Shown here: positions 58,212 to 64,000 of the stretch, piece by piece | Position numbering within the stretch: position 1 is the stretch's first letter | Layout: every line of letters starts with the position of its first letter | DNA from: an uncultured bacterium | Lineage (GTDB): Bacteria > UBP6 > UBA1177 | Length of the DNA stretch: 64,000 bases | NCBI GenBank assembly: GCA_905233945.1 | Contig: CAJOFY010000005.1 | Location: forward strand, 14,698 to 78,697 | Direction of reading: 5' to 3' | The notes under the pieces: model-generated | Databases searched by the model: none | Seen by the model: only the letters and a program-made list of their open reading frames with translations | Told to the model about the DNA's origin: nothing | Made by a program: the position numbers and the translations under genes

Positions 58212-60569
58212 ATGAAAAAACTTTTTTTCTTTCTGGTTGCAATTTTTTCCGTGAATATTTTTGCAGATACTGTCGATATCGATATTCCTGAAGCCGTTTT
58301 TGCCGAAAGGAACGGTTCCGTCGTTCCGAAAATCGAGGGCTTCGAGCTCGACGGAACGGGCGAGGAGGTCGTTCTTCCTTTCAAAAAGATGGTTTTCGGT
58401 AGCGAAATCGTCAAGGTCGAGATTCTCAAAAAACATAAAATAGTCCTGGAAGCACCGTTGAAAAAGGGAGGCGCGCTTTACAGGCTGACCGATATGCACA
58501 AAGTGGATAAGGCGGCTTTCAAAAGGAATATTCCATCTCTTTCCAAGTTCACGTTCAATCACTCCTCCACTTACAAAAGAAAAGCCCGCCAGTTTTCGTT
58601 TGACTTTTATCCGCTGATTCCTGCCGGTGAAAAGGAAGTTGTGAAAATTGACAGAATCAGGGTTACGACAAAAGGAACATCACTTTTTTCCATGCGCGGG
58701 ACGAAAGGCGGAAATTCTCTTCTCATTCTTACCACCGAATACTTTCTTGCCGGTTCACAGGAGATCGACAATTACATCAAGGCAAAGAGGGAGTCCGGCT
58801 TCCGGGTCGATATTGCGACTGAAATGACATACGGCGGCGGAGATCTCAAAGGAATCAAGCGTGTCGAAAAAATCCGTGAATATCTTCGCAGTGTTTACCA
58901 GAATTATGATTTTCTCCTCATAATCGCAGGAACAGACCCGAACGGGGACGAGGTTCCTATGGTCGTGACGAAGCCTGATACTGCGGAAGACCCGAGCTAT
59001 GAGCAGGTGCCTACCGATATTTTCTATGCCGAGCTCACTGAAGATATGGACGGCGACGGAAACGGCGTCTATGGTGAACGCTACGATGATATCCGCTATG
59101 CTTTCGAGCTTGTTGTGGGGAGAATTCCGATTTACGGCAGAAATATAACGATCGCTGATAAAATACTTGCGAGAACCGTCAAATTCATCAGGGAAAAACC
59201 GTCTGAATCAGAAATCAGACGCAGGATTCTCTTTCCGACGACAATTTCATACTACGAAAAACAGGACAACCAGTACGGAATCCCGAAAATGGACGGTGCG
59301 TACATCGCGGAATATCTGCGCTATTATTCGATAAGAAATCCGTTCACTTCCAAGGTCCTTGTCGAGAAAGCGGGTATAGACCCGTCAGAATTTACTGAAG
59401 AAGAGGGGCTTGACGACAACTCGATGCTGAAAAACATGAACGAGGGAAACGGAATAGTTTTCTGGCAGGCGCACGGAATGCCGACTTATTCTGTAAGAAC
59501 CATCTGGAGATCAGACAGCAACAGCAACGGCATTCCCGAAACATACAGATACGAGCTGTACAGCGACACTTTTGTCAGCAACGAGATCGTTGATAAGATA
59601 AGTGCTGAAAATTTCTTTGTTTTTCAGGGAAGCTGTCTCAACGGAACGATAGAGATCGGAAACAGTCTTGCATATAATGTTCTCAGAAAGACGGCTGTCG
59701 GCGTTGTCGGTGCGTCTCAGGTTTCGTACGGTGCGATTTACAGCGACTACGATTTGGCGATGCAGGATATTTTTGCATACGGGACTGTCTTTACCGATGC
59801 TGCAGTGAACAACGAAATTCCGGCAAAAGTCTTCTTCGAGACCAAAGAGATGTGGTCTGACTCTTCTGTTCTGCTCACAATAAAACTCGAAACGAATTAT
59901 CTCGGCGATCCTTCCCTGAAACTTAACATCAAGACGTGCGGAAACGACAGCGACTGCGATGATTCGCTTTTCTGCAACGGAAAGGAAATCTGTGTCGAAG
60001 GTTTCTGCGAAAAAGAGGAAAACTCCGTCCCTTGTCTTGAAAGTGCTGCTGAAGCCTGCAGTGAAAACAAATGCGACGAAGCGTCAAAATCGTGCACTGT
60101 TTCCAGAAAGCCCGACGGTTCTTTCTGCGGTTCTTCGGAAAACAAGTGCGTAGGCGGAAGGCAGTGCTTCGGCGGAGAATGCATTGACATGAATCTCAAA
60201 GACTGTTCCGAACTCGATTCTGAGTGTTCGACCGGAGCGTGCGAACCTGAAACAGGCGAATGCGTCAGAGTTTCAGCAAACGAAGGGGCGTCGTGCAGCA
60301 CAGGGAAATTCTGCGTAAAGAACGAGGTCTGCACAAACGGTTTCTGCCAGGGAGAGGCACCCGATCTTCCTGAAGCGGAAAAGTGCAGTAAAACCGAGTG
60401 CAGCGAATCCGACGGTTTTATAACAGTGTCCGATATTTCGCAGAACTGGGATGACTGCACGACCAGTGACGGAAGAAAAGGTTACTGCGACTACGGTTCA
60501 TGCACGCCGAAAAAGCAGCAGGATAAAGCTGCATCATCCTCTTCCGGCTGTTCCGCGACGGTTCTCTGA
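58212..60569 (+). CDS. Secreted peptidase C25 (gingipain-like, clan CD) family protein with C-terminal Cys-rich EGF-like region
   Basis: Signal peptide; C25-like YDFLLIIAGTDPNG...VVGRIP; candidate catalytic His/Cys in AHG and QGSCLNG; ~180-aa Cys-rich tail. Confidence 0.6.
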   Translation: MKKLFFFLVAIFSVNIFADTVDIDIPEAVFAERNGSVVPKIEGFELDGTGEEVVLPFKKMVFGSEIVKVEILKKHKIVLEAPLKKGGALYRLTDMHKVDKAAFKRNIPSLSKFTFNHSSTYKRKARQFSFDFYPLIPAGEKEVVKIDRIRVTTKGTSLFSMRGTKGGNSLLILTTEYFLAGSQEIDNYIKAKRESGFRVDIATEMTYGGGDLKGIKRVEKIREYLRSVYQNYDFLLIIAGTDPNGDEVPMVVTKPDTAEDPSYEQVPTDIFYAELTEDMDGDGNGVYGERYDDIRYAFELVVGRIPIYGRNITIADKILARTVKFIREKPSESEIRRRILFPTTISYYEKQDNQYGIPKMDGAYIAEYLRYYSIRNPFTSKVLVEKAGIDPSEFTEEEGLDDNSMLKNMNEGNGIVFWQAHGMPTYSVRTIWRSDSNSNGIPETYRYELYSDTFVSNEIVDKISAENFFVFQGSCLNGTIEIGNSLAYNVLRKTAVGVVGASQVSYGAIYSDYDLAMQDIFAYGTVFTDAAVNNEIPAKVFFETKEMWSDSSVLLTIKLETNYLGDPSLKLNIKTCGNDSDCDDSLFCNGKEICVEGFCEKEENSVPCLESAAEACSENKCDEASKSCTVSRKPDGSFCGSSENKCVGGRQCFGGECIDMNLKDCSELDSECSTGACEPETGECVRVSANEGASCSTGKFCVKNEVCTNGFCQGEAPDLPEAEKCSKTECSESDGFITVSDISQNWDDCTTSDGRKGYCDYGSCTPKKQQDKAASSSSGCSATVL

Positions 60570-60591
60570 TATCCGTCCGTAAACAAAAATC

Positions 60592-60619
60592 TTGCCTTTT
60601 TAACTTTTTTCACTATACT
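60592..60619 (+). promoter_or_regulatory. Sigma70-like promoter TTGCCT-N16-TATACT for rpsF operon, followed by 7-bp-stem leader hairpin (60638-60664)
   Basis: Hexamers ~85 nt upstream of rpsF ATG; TTGAACA...TGTTCAA inverted repeat in leader. Confidence 0.45.
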
Positions 60620-60701
60620 CTCCGCGCTAATTGTTTTTTGAACAGTGGAAATCTCCTTGTTCAACAGTTAAGATTGGACTTTACACCCATAAGGAGGAAT
60701 T

Positions 60702-61187
60702 ATGGAAAGAAAACACTATGAGCTTACTGCTATCCTCAAGCCGGAAGGCGGCCCGGAAGCAATCAGGCAATTTGCTGAGCGTGTAGACGCTATCGTCAAC
60801 GATTTCGGCGGCAAAATCATCTCCCTTCATTCCTGGGGCGAAAGAAAACTCGCTTACGAAATCAAAAAGAACCTTAAAGGACATTACCTGCTTTTCGACA
60901 TCGTCGGAAACGGCAAAATGGTTGAAGAAGTTGAAAGAAACTTCAACATTTGGGAATACGTTCTCAAGTTCATGTCCGTAAAAGTCGAAAAAGTCGAGAA
61001 TCTCGACGAAATGGTCGAATCAGCGAAAGGAATCGCGTCCCTTTTCGACAAACAGGAGAAGAAACCCGCTTCCGAACAGGCTTATGAAGAAGGAAGAAAC
61101 GGTTTCGAAGATACAAGAAAATACAATGAAGAGCTTCAGAAATCACTGAGCAGTGCCGGTGAGGAAGAAGAAGACGTAACACTTTAA
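60702..61187 (+). CDS. rpsF: 30S ribosomal protein S6 (with acidic C-terminal tail)
   Basis: HYELTAILKP...ISLHSWGERKLAYEI S6 signature. Confidence 0.9.
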   Translation: MERKHYELTAILKPEGGPEAIRQFAERVDAIVNDFGGKIISLHSWGERKLAYEIKKNLKGHYLLFDIVGNGKMVEEVERNFNIWEYVLKFMSVKVEKVENLDEMVESAKGIASLFDKQEKKPASEQAYEEGRNGFEDTRKYNEELQKSLSSAGEEEEDVTL

Positions 61188-61202
61188 TTTAAGGAGAAAA
61201 TC

Positions 61203-61427
61203 ATGGCTTCATACAAAAAAAGAAAAGTCTGCCGCTTCTGCCTTCACACCGAAGTTGAACCGGATTACAAAAATGTAGATCTTCTTCTCAACTACATCAC
61301 CGAGAGAGGCAAAATAATCCCGAGAAGAATCAGCGGCGTATGCGCGAAACACCAGAGAGAGCTTTCAAGAGAGATCAAAAGAGCAAGATCCATCGCGCTT
61401 CTTCCTTACACCGTAACCGGAAGATAG
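61203..61427 (+). CDS. rpsR: 30S ribosomal protein S18
   Basis: CRFC...[32 protein letters not shown]. Confidence 0.9.
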   Translation: MASYKKRKVCRFCLHTEVEPDYKNVDLLLNYITERGKIIPRRISGVCAKHQRELSREIKRARSIALLPYTVTGR

Positions 61428-61436
61428 GAGGGTAAA

Positions 61437-61916
61437 ATGAACGTTATACTTGCGAAAGATGTTGAAAAACTCGGCAAAGCAGGCGAAGTCGTAAAAGTAA
61501 AAGACGGCTATGCACGCAACTACCTCATTCCGCAGGGATTTGCACTTGTTGCAAACGAAAAGAGCGTTAAACAGCTTGAGTTCAACAAAAGAATGATCGA
61601 TAAGAAAATCAACGCTGAACTTGCTAAGGCTAACGACCTCGCTTCGAAACTTGCTGCATGCGAAATCAAAATCAGCAAGAAAGTCGGTGACGAAGGCAAA
61701 CTTTTCGGCAGCGTAACAAGCAGAGAAATCGGCGACGCGCTTAAAGAAAAAGGCTTTGAAATCGATCACAGAGACCTCGTTCTTGACACCAACATCAAGA
61801 AAAGCGGCGTCTATGAAGTCGAAGTCAAGCTTTTCAGAGAAGTCCGCGGCGTTTTCAAACTTTTTGTAGTTTCTGAAGACAGCGAAGAAGTTCCGGCTCA
61901 GCCCGCTGCTGAATAA
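61437..61916 (+). CDS. rplI: 50S ribosomal protein L9
   Basis: MNVILAKDVEKLGKAGEVVKVKDGYARNYLIPQGFA. Confidence 0.9.
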   Translation: MNVILAKDVEKLGKAGEVVKVKDGYARNYLIPQGFALVANEKSVKQLEFNKRMIDKKINAELAKANDLASKLAACEIKISKKVGDEGKLFGSVTSREIGDALKEKGFEIDHRDLVLDTNIKKSGVYEVEVKLFREVRGVFKLFVVSEDSEEVPAQPAAE

Positions 61917-61964
61917 GAACCATTTTATTTCTTTGACATTCTTACTTAACGAAAGGTTTTTTCC

Positions 61965-63380
61965 ATGGAAGATTCAATCATAAGGATTCTCCCCTCAAAT
62001 GTCGATATCGAGGCAGCGCTTCTCGGATGTCTCCTCAACGACGGCAAACTTTACGGCGACATTGAAGGTTTCGGCCTTCTTCCGGAAGATTTCTCGCAGG
62101 ATCGTCACTCGGCTGTATTCAGGGCGATCAAGTCGATTTTTGAATCGCGGAGAACCCCCGATGTCCTGACAGTAATTGATGAATTTTCCAAGATACCGAA
62201 TCCGCCTGAATCATCCTTCGTTTTCGATCTGGCGAAAAATGCGCCGATATATTCGGGCGAAACTCTTGAGCAATATTGTTCGAAAATTCTGGAAAAGTCG
62301 CTGCACCGTTCGCTGATAGGCATCTGCTCGAAAACGATAGATGAATCATACAGCCAGAAAATCGATTTTGACGAGCTTTCCGACAAAACCACGAATGAGA
62401 TCATATCGCTCAGCAACCGCAGACACACAAATTCTGTCGTACCTTTCAAGACTCTGATGAAAGATCTGCTTGTCAGGATACAGGAACAGTCGAGCAAAGG
62501 TTCGTCTCTTCTCGGAATTTCGTCAGGTTATCCGCAGCTTGACGCTATGTGCAGCGGTCTTAAACCCGGTGACATGGTGATTATTGCAGGGCGTCCCGGC
62601 ATGGGAAAGACAGGTTTTGCAATCAATATCGCCCTGGCGATAGCGAAACAGAACCTAAACGTCCTCTTCTTCTCGCTTGAAATGCCGGCACAGCAGATTC
62701 TTAACAGGTTTGTTAGTATTGAATGCAGCATAAATTCAAAAAGTCTCCTTAATGCCAAATTCGATCCCGAAGAATCGAAAAGGCTCTGGGGAAATTTCGA
62801 CACTGTCGCCAATCTGCCGATTTTCATCGACGAATCATCTTCGCTTACTATTCAGGAGCTTCGTGCCAAAGCGAAAAAATGCGACGCAGATTGCCGGCAA
62901 ATAGTCAATGAGAACAGAACGACGCCCAACAAACTCGACTGCATATTCATCGACTATCTCCAGCTTATGGATTGCAATGTTTTTAAAGAAGACAAGGTCC
63001 GTCAGGTCGAATACAACTCCAAAAACATCAAAAAACTGGCAAAAGATCTGGGAATTCCGATCATCGCGATGGCTCAGCTCAACCGGAAAATCGAGGAACG
63101 CCGCGGAGGAAGGACTGAAATCAGCAGCAACAAGCCGATGCTCAGCGACCTCAAGGACTCTGGTTCGATAGAGCAGGACGCAGATATGGTCATGTTCATC
63201 CACAGGGAAGACGCCTACAAGAAGAAAGACGAGGAAAAAAACAACGAAGCCGACATTTTTGTTGAGAAAAACAGGCACGGCCCTACCGGCAGAGTCAAAT
63301 TCCGTTTTGTTCCTCACTATATGAAATTTGTCCAGCTTGATTCACTGGCCGACAGTTACGAACACGCAGATGAGTCCTGA
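61965..63380 (+). CDS. dnaB: Replicative DNA helicase DnaB
   Basis: Walker A IIAGRPGMGKTGFAINIA, DnaB N-terminal domain, RecA-like C-terminal domain with IIAMAQLNR. Confidence 0.9.
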   Translation: MEDSIIRILPSNVDIEAALLGCLLNDGKLYGDIEGFGLLPEDFSQDRHSAVFRAIKSIFESRRTPDVLTVIDEFSKIPNPPESSFVFDLAKNAPIYSGETLEQYCSKILEKSLHRSLIGICSKTIDESYSQKIDFDELSDKTTNEIISLSNRRHTNSVVPFKTLMKDLLVRIQEQSSKGSSLLGISSGYPQLDAMCSGLKPGDMVIIAGRPGMGKTGFAINIALAIAKQNLNVLFFSLEMPAQQILNRFVSIECSINSKSLLNAKFDPEESKRLWGNFDTVANLPIFIDESSSLTIQELRAKAKKCDADCRQIVNENRTTPNKLDCIFIDYLQLMDCNVFKEDKVRQVEYNSKNIKKLAKDLGIPIIAMAQLNRKIEERRGGRTEISSNKPMLSDLKDSGSIEQDADMVMFIHREDAYKKKDEEKNNEADIFVEKNRHGPTGRVKFRFVPHYMKFVQLDSLADSYEHADES

Positions 63381-64000
63381 AAAAAAGAAAAAACTTCTCA
63401 TTCAGGCATTTTTCAGATTCTGCCTGATTTTCGGATTTATTGCCGGTTTTTTCCTCTATCAAAGTCTCAAAGAAGGCGATTTCAGCAGCGCCTCGCTTAA
63501 AGCTGACTCGATAAAAGAAAAATTTAAAAACTTTTTTTTAAGTGCCGGCGGAACTACTTTTGAATTCAAACCCGAGGCTGTTCTCGACAAAAAAATCAGA
63601 GAAACCGGAAAAATCACCTATAAATCGGGAAAAATCCAGACTTTTGAAAACAACTACACCTCTCACGAAAAACGGACTTTTTCAAATAATATCCTGACTC
63701 TTGAAGGAAAAACAGATGGTGAATTCGACCCGGTTTTAAAGCCTCTGATGAAAGACGGTACCTATTCGCAGAAAATCGACACTTCAGCTTTGTTCTGCCC
63801 TGAGAATTTTGTTCCGCACTATCCGTCAGCTCTCCGCAGTTACATCTATTTTATGCCGAGAACTCCGCTTTTCGACGGGAAGACTTGGGAAGTGACTTCA
63901 TGCGGCGGAAAATTTTTATGTTCTTACTTGGCTTCCATGAAAGAGAATGAAAACAAAATCGATTTAGGCTGCAGCGGCTCCATCGGAAAGACTCAGACAA
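63370..64000 (+). CDS. Hypothetical membrane-anchored protein, 3' end outside window
   Basis: ATG overlapping dnaB stop in +1 frame; N-terminal TM helix LIQAFFRFCLIFGFIAGFFLY; open to end of window. Confidence 0.4.
   Translation, partial: MSPEKKKKLLIQAFFRFCLIFGFIAGFFLYQSLKEGDFSSASLKADSIKEKFKNFFLSAGGTTFEFKPEAVLDKKIRETGKITYKSGKIQTFENNYTSHEKRTFSNNILTLEGKTDGEFDPVLKPLMKDGTYSQKIDTSALFCPENFVPHYPSALRSYIYFMPRTPLFDGKTWEVTSCGGKFLCSYLASMKENENKIDLGCSGSIGKTQT

Overview
64 kb bacterial chromosomal window (~48% GC), dense in lipoproteins with acidic T/D/E-rich linkers (Fibrobacteres- or spirochaete-like; organism not identified). Left to right: 3' end of recB, then recD, translationally coupled to an uncharacterised nucleotidyltransferase and a giant tandem BadF/BcrA-type CoA-enzyme activase. 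Next come an outer-membrane protein (OMP) and lipoprotein pair, an HD hydrolase, an S9 peptidase and a XerC/D recombinase. On the minus strand sits a putative extracellular nucleic-acid salvage locus (tandem OB-fold lipoprotein, 5'-nucleotidase with Ca-binding insertion, nucleoside-recognition membrane protein), followed by coaE. Further right: a thermolysin-like secreted metalloprotease, carD, murG (with long helical C-terminal extension) and mraY, ykgJ, ybaK, and a Fic protein flanked by palindromic repeats. Then DinJ/YafQ, a Vat-like acetyltransferase, GNAT, an Sfp-type PPTase, and a STAS plus fused PP2C-phosphatase/HATPase-kinase partner-switching module. A ~10 kb accessory (defence/mobile-like) island at ~38.1-47.9 kb follows. 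It has a structured non-coding segment, a RAYT-like Y1 transposase, a YhcG-family PD-(D/E)xK nuclease, and two paralogous Schlafen-like AlbA_2 ATPases (each with 3x30-bp in-frame tandem repeats) flanking a 1000-aa single-chain nuclease?-methylase-2xTRD restriction-modification enzyme. It ends with HigB/HigA, and the whole island is stitched together by duplicated leader and promoter repeats. Immediately downstream is a bimodular NRPS (C-A-T-C-A-T-R, predicted N-acyl dipeptide aldehyde/alcohol) tightly coupled to a Cu(I) P-type ATPase, then a C25 gingipain-like protease, rpsF-rpsR-rplI, dnaB and a partial membrane protein. No rRNA, tRNA or CRISPR arrays were seen.
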